Notes under the pieces: generated by a model
Told to the model about the DNA's origin: nothing
What the model saw: the letters and a program-made list of their open reading frames with translations, nothing else
Databases searched by the model: none
Translations under genes and position numbers: made by a program
From: Eledone cirrhosa
Lineage: Eukaryota
Assembly: GCA_964016885.1 (NCBI GenBank)
Contig: OZ024740.1
Location: 329,530,001-329,594,000 of the forward strand
Length of the DNA stretch: 64,000 bases
Direction: 5' to 3'
In this document: one piece after another, positions 24,762 to 36,813 of the stretch
Numbering within the stretch: position 1 is the stretch's first letter
Layout of the letters: each line of letters begins with the position of its first letter

Positions 24762-24924
24762 ATCATATGTTCCACCTGTAATAATAATAATAATAATAAT
24801 AAGGCAAGTAACGCACCTGGTGGATAGAGTGTTATGGAATCGCTCGCGTAAGTTTTTGATTTTTACGTATTTAAAACATTTGTGATGGAATAATTATTAT
24901 TACAGGTGGAACATATGATTACAG

Positions 24925-25420
24925 TTTTAACATTATGGCATAGGGCTCCAATATTTAATATTTAATTTTGGATCAGAAATGTTATAGTCAAAAAAGAAAA
25001 ATTGGTCCATGGCTACAAACAACAGGCAAATCATTTAACCACCAACACCACCACCGCCGCCGCCACCATCACCATCACCACTACCACACAAAAAATCTAG
25101 CCAAACCAACGGCTACATCAACACCATCACTACAATACTACCACCACCACTGCATCGTTATCGCTACCACCACTTTTTTACCACCACCACTTTTTACCAC
25201 CACTTTTTTACCACCACCACATTTTTACCACCACCACTGCATCATTATCGCCACGGCCGCTATTCTCTACCACTACCTCCTGTTAAGACAGAGGAATGCT
25301 AGTAGTCCCACTAAACATGAATAGAAGCGAGGATGGTATCAAAAGATATAAATAGACTGATTTGGTGCCCCGATCAACAGCAACAACAATACCAAAACAT
25401 TATTGCTGTTGTACCTCTAA
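24925..25420. repeat. ACC-rich unclassified repeat, related to 17160-18100
   Basis: See 17160-18100. Confidence 0.5.
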
Positions 25421-25480
25421 AACTCTCTCAAAGTGTTTAGTTTAAACGATGTCAAATCTAAGCTATAATATAATAATAAT

Positions 25481-25712
25481 AATTGTTTCTATTTTTTGGC
25501 GCAGAGCCGGCAATTGCCCAGTGCATTGCTGGTGCTTTGTTTTATCGACGCCGTATAATATAATAATAATAATAATTGTTTCTAATTTTGGCACAAGGCC
25601 AGCAATCATCCAGTGCATTACTGGTGCTTTATTTTGTCGTCCCCGTAAGGATGAAAGGCAAATTTGACCTCGGCGGGATTTGAACTCAGAATGGCAAGGG
25701 CCGTAACTCTAT
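25481..25712 (-). mobile_element. Two tandem truncated copies of tRNA-derived SINE family 1 with (ATT)n tails
   Basis: B-box GAGTTCAAATCC and body tttgcctttcatccttacgggg..aaagcaccag..ggccttgtgcc..agaaac on the minus strand; matches 36560-36750. Confidence 0.8.
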
Positions 25713-25954
25713 GCAATAATGATAAGCAACAAGTCGAAACAAATTTAAAAAGTTTTGAACGCAACAATCCCTACTTCCCACGAAGCTAAAATCAAAACAG
25801 CACAGCAACAACAGCACTAGTAACCGATGCTTCTGGCCTTGAAAAGCGAAAAACGTAAAGGAAAAAAAAAAAAAAAGTCAGGCATTTAAACATTACAATG
25901 AAACTTATGCTTATTTTTTTTAAGTTTTTATCTATTAATTTGTTTATTTATTTA

Positions 25955-28548
25955 TGTTCGTCTACAGCGTGATAGTGCCACGCTAAAATCACTGGGGATG
26001 ATCAAATCCCTGGGGGTGATGAAATCACCGGTGGTTATGTAACCATACATTCAGCAATCCACGATACGTGTGTTTAAATGTCGAACCTAAACAGTTCGAA
26101 TAACGGTGAAGTAAAGACTGGAACGTCATGTGACAGACTCTCACCCGGCAAGTGCTCCCTGGCCCAGCAGCAGGGACCTGGCTGTCATCCGAATACTGCT
26201 GGTGTTGGAGGAAGAAGAAGAAGGAAAGGGACCAGAACCAACTGGACGAAATAATTGAATAGAACTGTTATGCAATGTAAACTGAAGTGTAACCTCAAGG
26301 AAAAAGGCTATAGGAAACGGATACATAACATCTGGAACGAGATTGGTCTATTTAAATTAGATGAACAAAAATTGGCCGGGCAGGCTCGGGTAATAAGAAC
26401 TAATGGATGGATAAGCGAGTTGGAACTGGAGGAACTGAGAAGAGAGATTAGGTTGGAAATGGAGGTGGAGTATGCCAGGCAAACGAGCCAGTGTGAAAAG
26501 AAGGTGAAGAGGTTGAGAGAACGGAGGAAGCATCTGAAGCAGACAATGATCTGATTGCTGAAATAAATAATACCTGGAACAAAGATACGGCCATTGAGGA
26601 AATGAATGTTGACGGGCTAGGACAAGATTTGGTTGATATCCTAAACTTAGTGGTAGGTTAAATGAACAATGATAGTGGGAAACCTATGAACCTAAGATTT
26701 ATAGACAGGAAAAGTTAAAAGAAACAACAGCTAAGGTAAACAAAGTCACACCATACATTGAGGCGAGGAACCTTCACCACTGCAAAAATATCCTCAAAGC
26801 AACAGAAAATGCGGTGAGGAAATTACTTGGCATAAAAGCGAGAGGAAACAGCAAACAAGAAAGATCATAACCTTGGTGGAAGGAACGACTGAACGGTCAA
26901 ATCAGGGAAATGAGAAATGACATTGGAAAGCTTGAGTCCGTACTGAATGGGACACTACATAACATAGACACTAAAAATAGACTGGAAATAAAGTACAAAA
27001 CTAGGAGGAAAAAGCTAAATATTATCATAGAGGAACTAAACTATTGTAGCAAAGAGTGCAAAGATTAGGCGATATGAGAGCAGAGTCAGTCAGTATCGAC
27101 AGAACCGCATGTTTGACAACAACCAGAAGATGTTGTTTGGACAGCTTGAAGGGAAAGGAAGAGGAAATGACTTGATCCCTGAGGTTGAACAGAGTAAGAC
27201 ATTCTGGAGAGGAATATGGGAGCAGGATGTTGAACATAATGATCAGGCAGTATGGATTGAGACAGTACAAAAGGAGATTAGTGAACAGGCACACCAACAA
27301 ACTTATTTGAGTATCACAGTTAACACTCTTAAGGGGCAGGCCAAAAAACTAACCAACTGGAAATCCCCAGGCCCAGATGGTGTGCAGGGGTATTGGATTA
27401 ACAATATAACATCCATCCATCCGAAACTGACAATTATGTTCAATGACTGCTTGATGTCAGGTGAGGTACCAGAGTGGTTGATAAAAGGTACCATAGTTCT
27501 GGTAATGAAACACCGAATCAAGGGTAATGATGTTACCAACTATAGACCTATCACATGTCTGTCCGTAATGTGGAAACTGTTAACAAGCATTGTGTCTGGG
27601 GAAATTACCATCACCTCCACAAAAACAACTTGTTACCGGACGAAGACAAAGGATGCAGAAAGAGGTCCCGTGGTACAAAGGACCAGTTACTTATTGATAA
27701 GATGGTAATTAGGAATTTCAAGAGGAGACACATTGGTCTTGCCTTGGGATGGATAGAGTACAAAAAGGCATTCGACATGGTACCTCATTCTTGGAGGACC
27801 AAAGACCCAGAGATCTTCAAGGTGGCAGATAACATGAGACAGTTGTTGAGCAAAAGTATGAAGTCCTGGAAAACAGAGTTAACATCGGGTGGAGAATCCT
27901 TGGGAAGCGTGAAGATCAAGAGAGGTATCTTCCAGGGAGATAGTCTGTCCCCTCTGTTGTTTTTCCTTGCCCTGATGCCCCTGACCAGTGTACTGCGAAA
28001 AGTGAGAGCAGGATACAGGTTGGAAAAGGGATGGCTTACCATCTATCACCTCCTCTTCATGGACGATCTTAAGCTCTTCGGGAAGAGTGAGAAGGAGTTG
28101 GATGTGCTTGTTGACACTGTCCCTATTTTCAGCAATGATATATGTATGCAATTTGGTATTAGTAAATGTGGAGTTCTAGTGATGAAGAGGGATAAATTGA
28201 TCAGTGGAGAGTGCAAGAGAAGGAGAGGGAGAAAATTAACCGATACCAGGCCTTAAAGTGGGAGGTAAAAAGGATTTGGAACTGCGATGAAGTCAAAGTG
28301 ATCCCGATTGTCATAGGCGCACTAGGGACTATCTCAAAAAGTTTCCAGGGATGGTTAAAGAAAATTGGCACCTTCACGCTTTTTGGAACGCTTCAAAAGG
28401 CATGCTTGCTGGGAACAGCAAGAACCCTCCGATACGTCCTGAATATCTGAGGCTGCAGGTAGTGGCTTGATATTCAACTCAACAAACTTTCCAGTTAACT
28501 AACATCAATGACTGAGACTCAAAGAGTAATAATAGTAATAATAATAAA
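25955..28548 (+). mobile_element. R4/Dong family B, degenerate, with internal deletion joining RT to the end of RLE at ~28208
   Basis: [40 protein letters not shown]; 28208-28525 matches 22667-22985; AAT tail. Confidence 0.87.
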
Positions 28549-28699
28549 TGTGAAGACTAAAATCCGAAGAGGGCTCGATAAGGAAAATATATATATATCA
28601 AAAATATATAAAACCATAGAGCAAATATTTATTATAATAACAGATTAAAATTTAAGCAAAGAATCGCTGCTTTCACCCCTAACGGGATCTTCTGAAATT

Positions 28700-28700
<1 letters not shown>
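28549..28700 (-). mobile_element. Solo pLTR 3' fragment of PLE-3 family with CAGAAGA-type HHR (28649-28699)
   Basis: Matches the reverse complement of 50475-50590 and matches 61140-61212. Confidence 0.8.
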
Positions 28701-28749
<49 letters not shown>

Positions 28750-29231
28750 GGTTATGTGTATGTATGTGTATGTGTATCTTTGTGTGTGTGTTTGTATAAA
28801 GACATATGTATACATTTATATTTATATAACATAACTTGCTAAATTATTAATATTCAGTGGAAGTGCTGCGAGGTAAAAGACTAACCACACACCCGCCCTT
28901 GTATTAGAGATGGGTAGAAATCATACAGGGGTCGGTCCGCTTAGTGTAAACAGGGCTAAATGCCGGCGCCTTGTATCGACAAATAAAAATGATCTTGTTT
29001 GTTTACATATCTATCGCTATATGATGAACTTTGGCATATAGACTAAGTAGGAATCACACTATATATAATCGGTTAATAAATGAATTTATACAAAACTGCA
29101 AATGGCCTTCGCTATATTTTCCGCTCTGTTCACATGAAACGTGGCTCTATGCATGGCGATGATCACTTTATTTTAATTGCATCACCCTTCACCGATTAAA
29201 TGGTGGATTGCACAACCTTGGACGGTTAATT

Positions 29232-29289
<58 letters not shown>

Positions 29290-29350
29290 GTCAGGTTTTT
29301 GTACAAAATGAAAAAGAAACGAGATGTCCTACACGAGTGAAAGTATGAGG

Positions 29351-29620
29351 AAAAAGATGAAATCGAAAATGCAACTGGAGTCTTTTAAAAATATATATAT
29401 ATTTATTTGGTTTCTTTACCGGTTTCGCAGTTCTTGTCCTTTTCCAAAATAGAATTGAGATGGAGGGTTTGTGGTTTTTCTCGCATCTGATGCGAGAAAA
29501 ACCACAGACCCTCCATCTCAATTCTACTTTTGAAAAGGACAAGAACTGCGAAACTGGTAGAGGTAATAAATAAATATATAAAAAAAAATGCTCCAATTGC
29601 ATTTTCGATTTCATCTTTTT
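29351..29620. repeat. ~270-bp imperfect palindrome (fold-back), centre T at 29488
   Basis: tcgcatc-T-gatgcga centre; arms pair out to aaaaagatgaaatcgaaaatgcaa / ttgcattttcgatttcatcttttt. Confidence 0.9.
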
Positions 29621-31929
29621 TCATCTATATGCCTGTGTGTATGTGTGTGTGTGTGCTTGTGCATGTGTGTTTGCGTATATGTGTGTTTGTGTGTGTGTGT
29701 GTTTGAGTGCGTTTACCTGTATGTTTTTCTTTATAGTGTGACAGACTAATGAGGACAAGGGAAGCTACATGTGCATAAGCAATTGGAGGTGGATAGAATA
29801 AATGTTTTACCCATATGTGTATGAAATTTGCAAAGAGTGAATCTGAGGAATGTGTGAGTCACATCAAAACTGGGATAATTATACTTTATTAGGGGTTGTC
29901 ATATCTCTAAACTAAAACGTATATATAACAAACCTATGATAATTTCAATATAATACTCTAACGATCAATAACCCTCAGGAGTACATTGCAACCTTGAATA
30001 TATTAACTGGTAAACAATACTATGTATTATAATATTATTATCTTATAATAACTTTAGTTCAATATAACACATAATTAGGTAAGGATTGTGTAAATAAGAT
30101 GGAATTCAACAATGAGGAGGATTTGCAAGCAAAAATTTACTGTGAGTTTTCGAATGTGCCACTCACGATAATAATTATTTTCTGATTTTTTTATCGACCC
30201 TAACACTAACGAGTTATATCGTTTTTGTGATGATAATGTTACCTGTCCAGCTTCCAAATGAAAGGGAATTTCCATTCACTCATCAAATGATACGGATACC
30301 GAAGTTAAGCAATGTTATGCACTCTTGTCGAATAAAATTATCAATAATTATCAAGCTTTATTACAATGAGGGAGAAAAATATATGCACTGCAGTTTCAAT
30401 AGAGTTTCAGAAATAGTACAGTTAATAGCCTAATAAACATATAGAAACACTTCTGCACACACTCTATACACGGTAAACTTAATGCATCTGTATGTTGGAT
30501 GATCTAGAATACCGATAAATCTAGCCGAGCCGAGACAAAGAACTGACTTCAAACCACAGTTCAAATCATTTCTATTCATCTAGGAAACCTTACATATTAT
30601 ATTTTCCCATTATTCTTCATTTCATATGAAATGGGGTTCTGAAATAAAAATAATAATAGTAATAGAGTAAAACTTTACAATCCATTGGGAATTCAAGCAA
30701 TAAGCGATGAGAAAGATAAAATTCATTCGAGAAAATTCTTTCTCATATTTAAAAGAACTATACCGAAGTAAATGATAAAATCAGATGATTAAGGGAAGCG
30801 TGCATAATGTGAAATTCGAAATGTTATCAGAGGCAACATAATTATTGTTCTTCATTTAAAAGTTTCATCCAATTCATTCTCAGACGTTTATTGGTCGTAA
30901 ATAAACGTTATCACGATAGTTAAAGTTACCGTAGAGAATAAAGCTTATCTGTATTGAAATGGTTATTGACGTTAAATGCAATTTTGTAACATGCCGAACT
31001 CTAAAGACAGAAAAGTTGATTATATTACTTTAATTGCTGAATAATATATTATATAATGTTCAAGTACAATAGACAATAGATACAAATTCTATAGAATGAA
31101 ATCTTTTATATTTGTATTATTAACGAGAGGGAACACGATTACCTGATTTCAATAATAAATACCTTTCACTCTTCATTTGTGAAATGTTGACGTTTCATGC
31201 CATCCAGTAATAGAACAAAAACAACAACAACACCTCTTCTACTGGTGCTGCTACTGCTGCTACTACTATTTTTCCACCTCCTCCTCCCCTTCTACATCCT
31301 CCTCCTCCTCCTCCTACTACTACTACTACTACTAGTGCTGATACTGATGCTACTGATTCTAATTATAATGAAAATAACAATAATGATATCCGAATGAATT
31401 CTCGGGTGCAGTGTGGCAGAATGGTTAATAAGTTCTCTACGATATCATAATGTTCTGCGTTCGATCCTAATCTATGCCATCTTGCTCAAGTCCCATATAC
31501 GAAGACGACCCTTGCTTCCTGAGTGAAATGAGTGAAATAAGGGTTAATCGAAGGACCAACCATGTTAGATATTTTGGCAAGCCATACGTCTCTGTGATTG
31601 CACACTTTTTTCTAGAATGTTCAGTCATTTGCACGTTAATTCCTGGCGCAAGATATGCTGTTGATCCAACAGCAGGAACTTTCCTAATCGAAACTAACGA
31701 AGGACTTTTGCATTCCATGTCAATATTAGAAGATATTTTTAAAATTGACGTCGAAACGCATTAACAAATAACAGACAGCATCCATGGTAAAATAAAACAT
31801 TAGTAAAGTTGAATATAAAATCTTAGCGTGTTGAATTTGCATGTGAATATTTCTTATGTCGTATTAAAATTAGAGAAATCTTATAACGATTTGTATTTTG
31901 AGATTCTGTTTCCTAAGTTTCGAATATTC

Positions 31930-32030
31930 GAGGTAAACTTTGCCTTTCATCCTTACGGGGTTGATAAAATAAAGTACCAGTAATGTACTGGGTAATTGCT
32001 GGCCTTGTGCCAAAAGTAGAAACAATTATT
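31930..32030 (+). mobile_element. SINE family 1, 3' half
   Basis: actttgcctttcatccttacggggttgataaaataaagtaccag..ggccttgtgccaaaagtagaaacaattatt. Confidence 0.8.
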
Positions 32031-33921
32031 ACAAGGACTGCAACCTAGATATTATCTATTGAAAGGTAATGGAAAAATAAAGCATCCATAATTTAATTAC
32101 TACCACAAAATGTACTCTTTCGCTTCTTTGTCTTTCTCTCCCTGCTTTTTCCTCCTCCTCCTCCTCCCCCTCCTCCGATAGATTACTTGAAAGTATATCC
32201 GATTCATGAATATAGTGATAATGACTTCAATCAGTATAATGTTTTGCACGTTGTATTCCAATCTATGTTGTATTTGTATAATATTAAATGCCTTACTTTT
32301 GGTATTTGGTTTTCATTTTATATTTCTGGCTATAAAAAATTAGATACTTTTGTTATTTCTTGTTTAATCCAGAACTTGATATATCAAGATAAGAATCCGA
32401 GGAAACGTGTGCACAGATAGACATCCAAGGGAAAAGTTCAAGTCTCCATATTCATTGCTTTATCACAGCACCTTAACTGATTCAATTTCGCGAATTCTGC
32501 TGATATAAATATCATTTCGCAAAAACACAGTCAAGTTTTCTTTATTTTAAAAATGACAACACAATACATGGATCAGAATACAATAGGCATTCCTGGAACG
32601 TTCTTTTTTCCTCTGTTATATGTACGTCGAGTTTTCGTATGCTTAACGACCTTTGTGGTATTGTTGGGTTTTGAGATCGTATTATCTTACATTGCGAAAT
32701 AAACAAATTACAATTGGTTATGTCTTTCACTGATTATTAAAAATTAATGAGAACTCATATAGAAATATACAATTAATATAAGACATCAATTAAGAAAATG
32801 TGATAAATTGGCGAATATTAACTTGAATACTGACTGCAGAGTGTATAGCAGGATTCTACCATACGTGTCAGATCTTCGACACTTAATTTATATTTATCCC
32901 ATACCTCCTACTGTTAATCAACCACATGTAATTTCTGGAGTTTTATCACGCAGATTTCTATAATGTTGACGCTCTTCTTAGTCGTTCACATTACGAGAAC
33001 ATGAATCCTTTACCTATACCATGGACACCTTTAACAAGTTATAAGTTTCGGAAATTCATTCCTGCTAAATGCACAATTACAAGCGTAACGTGATGTCACG
33101 TACGACAATATTTTACACAAACTCAATATTCTTAGCGCAGTCAATGCTGTTATTTTTATTTTTATTTATTATCAGATCTGACATAATGTAGTTATTCCTT
33201 GCGTGAACACTCCACCATTTACTTCAGTATAGCAACACATAGATATATTTATCCAACATGTGTTTCTGAGATAGTTACATGATATTAAATCTTTATGTTT
33301 CCTAATTCTAACAGTTCAAACAACAGTGTAATGGTCCTCTCATTCACATAATCTATGTATATCGGAAGGTTGGTCTTAAGATTTCAAAAAATAGGTTAAT
33401 ACTTAATAATTTCTAACCTTCTAGAATGTGACTCTTTATTCACATTTGAGTACGAATGTTATATACATGCTAGGCTAGACCCACTTTTAATAAAGAGTCA
33501 GTCAAGTTATAATTAAAAGTTAATCTCACATAACACCTTGCTTGATTTTTCTTAAGATTTACAGGCTTCCGTTGGGAGCTGTCTTGCAACTCACATAAAT
33601 ATATTCGAAGGAGAATCAGACGCAGATGCCAAACTAAGTACATGAAGTAATTTTTCTCCCTTCAATTGAAATTTTCCAAAAGTATACCATGCCGAATATT
33701 CTTACAAGAACGAGAACGTCCTTTTATGCTAACGACGCATGCCCATGGTGCGATATAACGGGATAGAACTCTGGATCATATGATAGTGAATCAAAAGTTT
33801 CTACCACTAAATAATGTATGCCGCCACAGAGTAAACGCCACACACGCATATATATATATAATATGTTGACTCGCCACTTCCTTGTTCACAAGTGTTTTTT
33901 AGGCATCATATCATGTCTCCT

Positions 33922-33991
33922 TATTTTATCTGATGAGAACGCAAATTTCATCCCAGGATGATATTTTTTTTGAAATGCGCATAATAAAATA
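33922..33991 (+). ncRNA. Type I hammerhead ribozyme (orphan pLTR fragment)
   Basis: TATTTTAT-CTGATGA(33930-36)-stem II with TCATCC/GGATGA hairpin-GAAAT-GCGC-ATA-ATAAAATA; perfect 8-bp stem I, palindromic stem III. Confidence 0.75.
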
Positions 33992-34299
33992 CATGGAACT
34001 TTTTTAACCATCTTTTAATTTCTTCTTATATATACTCCAGTCCAATAAACTGTCGAGTGCTACTTATCCGATATTTGCATTGGTTTATTGTTCTACAATA
34101 AAACTAACTGCCTATATATATATATATATATATATATTATATGGAGTAGCGAAACAATTGTAAACGTACATTATTAATATTATTATTATTATTATTATTA
34201 TTCTCTACATTCCTTACATTAAACTAAAACTATGTTGACAGTCTTTTAATAATGTCTTCCTTGTTAAATTTGTGGTCTTGCTTTGCTTAACTTAACTAA

Positions 34300-34347
<48 letters not shown>

Positions 34348-34394
34348 ATAAAAGTCTAAAAACCATCTTAAGCTAGAAAACTCGTTTGGTTGGT

Positions 34395-34632
34395 GCTTAT
34401 CCCAGTTGCATGTCGTGAAGTGACTGAGAGTACAAGACCCCTCTCTGGACAGAACGCCAGTCTATCGCAGGTTTAAACCCCCTGCTATTGCTGATGCTCA
34501 TTTTCAATTGAGTATACAGGAGCAACGGGAAATGAAGTGTTTTGCTCAAGAACACAACACGCAACCCAGGAATCGAACCCACGACATTATGATCGTAAGT
34601 CCAAAACCTTTACAACTAGGCCACATGCTTCA
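34395..34632 (-). mobile_element. tRNA-derived SINE family 2 (CORE-like body)
   Basis: A-box TGGCCTAGTTG, B-box GGTTCGATTCC, then gtgttcttgagcaaaacacttcat..ttgctcc on the minus strand. Confidence 0.7.
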
Positions 34633-34760
34633 ACTAAACCTAGTGTAACCACAGTAAGTAAGGTACTCAATACATACCAGAGTAAAAACATTTAATATAG
34701 AAATGGCTTCTACAGGTGTAGAACTGTTTCATTCGGTTAAAATCATCAAGGGCTTTACTG

Positions 34761-34809
<49 letters not shown>

Positions 34810-34813
<4 letters not shown>

Positions 34814-35020
34814 TAAAATAACAGATTAAAGTTTAAGCAAAGAATCGCTGCTTTCACCCTTAACGGGATCTTCTGAAACTAACAAAGTCAATCTGTAAAC
34901 GCAGAACTGGATATTTCAAAAAACGTTGCAACCGGAGGAAGACAGGAAGACGATACTTTGGTTCATGCTGACGTTCGCTGGCAAAGAACGGGAAAAAAAA
35001 CGAATAATACGTCATTAATA
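34810..35020 (-). mobile_element. Solo pLTR fragment of PLE-3 with CAGAAGA-type HHR (34830-34880)
   Basis: Near-identical to 61141-61350; abuts (TA)n. Confidence 0.85.
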
Positions 35021-35037
35021 GATATATATATATTTGT

Positions 35038-35046
<9 letters not shown>

Positions 35047-35120
<74 letters not shown>
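35047..35120. repeat. (TG)n microsatellite
   Basis: Direct sequence. Confidence 0.95.
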
Positions 35121-35124
<4 letters not shown>

Positions 35125-35771
35125 GTATATGTGTGTGTGTGGTTTTACGCATGTGTGTGTGTTCTTTTTTGCACGTGTCTGTGTGTTTGTATGAGACGTG
35201 AATACATTTTGAGTTCAAACCATATAAAAGTACAACGTGTCTTGCTAGTTTGATATTAAAATTATCAACAAACACCTTGCACTATATTATTATCCAAATC
35301 AGTGAATATCACAAATATTTCCTTCAGGGAACATTCATGTTTATATTACAAGAAAATAATTTATTAATGGCGGATCTTCAACGAAAATGCATGACGCCTC
35401 TTCATATAATTCAAACGTCAATTAGTGGTCATGTTAGAGATTTGTATTTAGCTTTGTCAACATCACTTAGAATGAAGAAATAAAATATATCAGCTCGCAG
35501 TTTTAAGACAAATAAGCTACACGTACATAGTATCGTCAATTGAAACATGTTTGACTAGACCTGAAAAATGCGCAAGCTCAAACGAGCCACATAATGTTAT
35601 AATAAACCTTTACAAGTGTGGGACTAGAGTTGTTGCTAAAAAATATTATAATCATTATCTATCGTACACTCTGTGGCATCCTTTTATAAAAAAGAGACTT
35701 ATAAGGAACTCAAGACGACACGATAATTCTTTGAACTAATGTTCAATATCTCATATTACATGTTTAGTAAT

Positions 35772-36813
35772 CATAATCATATCATCGTATCTTGTCGCGC
35801 CAGTGCCGTATCTATTGAAGTGCAGCGTCGTTTGCTTCCATCAGGGCTTGGTCGGAGCATGTGGGTCCCAGTGAGCACCCACAGAGGATGTGGGCTATGG
35901 TCTGGGAGGTCTCGCCGCAAGGGCACTCAGCGCAGGTGGCCAATCCCCACTTGTGGAGGCTGTCTCTAGTTTGGCCAGTTTTGGCTCTGGCCTTGTTTAT
36001 GGTTACCCAGTCCTTTCTGCTAAGAGATGTTCCATTGGGGAGGCTTTCATTTGGGCTTCGTAAGGCCGAGTTGGGTGGGAGACGGTCACTCTCCCTCCAC
36101 TTTTCCAACCTGTAAGCCGCCAATTGTTCATGCTCTAGGCTATCCACGGTTAAGAAGCTTTTTCAAGATTTTAATCGTCTTCTTATTTCCTGACAGCAAC
36201 GAAAGTGGAATTACTCTCCACACTAGACGCTGATATAGTATGCCTTCAAGAGACACACAAGGAATTGGTGCCGCCAAGAATACCAGGCATGCACCTAATT
36301 ATTTCTCACCCGAGCCCAGTCCATATAAGTGCAATATTCGCACGTGACAAATCTGCTATCCATAATAGCAGAGACCTCTCCGAGGGAGGGCTGGAGATCC
36401 TGCAAGTAGACACAGAACACGTAAACATTGTGTCGGTATATAAACCTCCACCAACCCCCTTCATGTGGCCACTGTATCACCACCTTGGTAAAAAGGCATG
36501 CCTTGTTGTTGGAGACTTTAATAGCCACAATACCACCTAGGGCTACAACTACACTAATAAGTGTTTCTACGTTTTGCACAAGGCCAGCAATTAATCAGTG
36601 CATTACTGGTACTTTATTTTAGCGACCCCGTAAGGATGAAAGGCAAAGTTAACCTCGGCGGGATTTGAACTCAGAATGGCAAGGGCCGTAACTCTATGCG
36701 TCAAGGCATGGCGTCCGACCCTCTACCGATACTGCCACTCCACCGCCTTACAACCACATTAATAATGACGGGGAAGCAGTGGACGATTGGGCCATTACCC
36801 GCGACCTCACAAG
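35772..36813 (-). mobile_element. Vingi/Ingi-type LINE relic: 3' end on minus, APE fragment inverted on plus, 13-bp TSD
   Basis: TSD CATGTTTAGTAAT at 35759-35771 and 36814-36826. Minus strand: WVTINKAR..LHKWG..CPCG..QTIAHILC. Plus strand: IVCLQETH, SVYKPP, GDFNSHNTT*GY..NDGEAVDDWA. Confidence 0.8.
36561..36749 (-). mobile_element. Full-length tRNA-derived SINE family 1, nested in the Vingi APE fragment
   Basis: A-box TGGCAGTATCGG, B-box GAGTTCAAATCC; flanked by TACAAC(T/C)ACA(C/T)TAATAA near-identical TSD. Confidence 0.85.

Noticed and set aside
33540-33655. Possible host exon (tttacag..gtaatt)
   Set aside because: Splice-like signals only; no recognisable peptide or partner exons.
36680-36750. 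tRNA gene
   Set aside because: The A and B boxes belong to a multi-copy SINE head; no cloverleaf.
36767-36813. GGGGAAG.. as a Vingi 5' end or HDV-like ribozyme
   Set aside because: It translates as the continuation of the APE domain (NDGEAVDDWA) after the SINE insertion.
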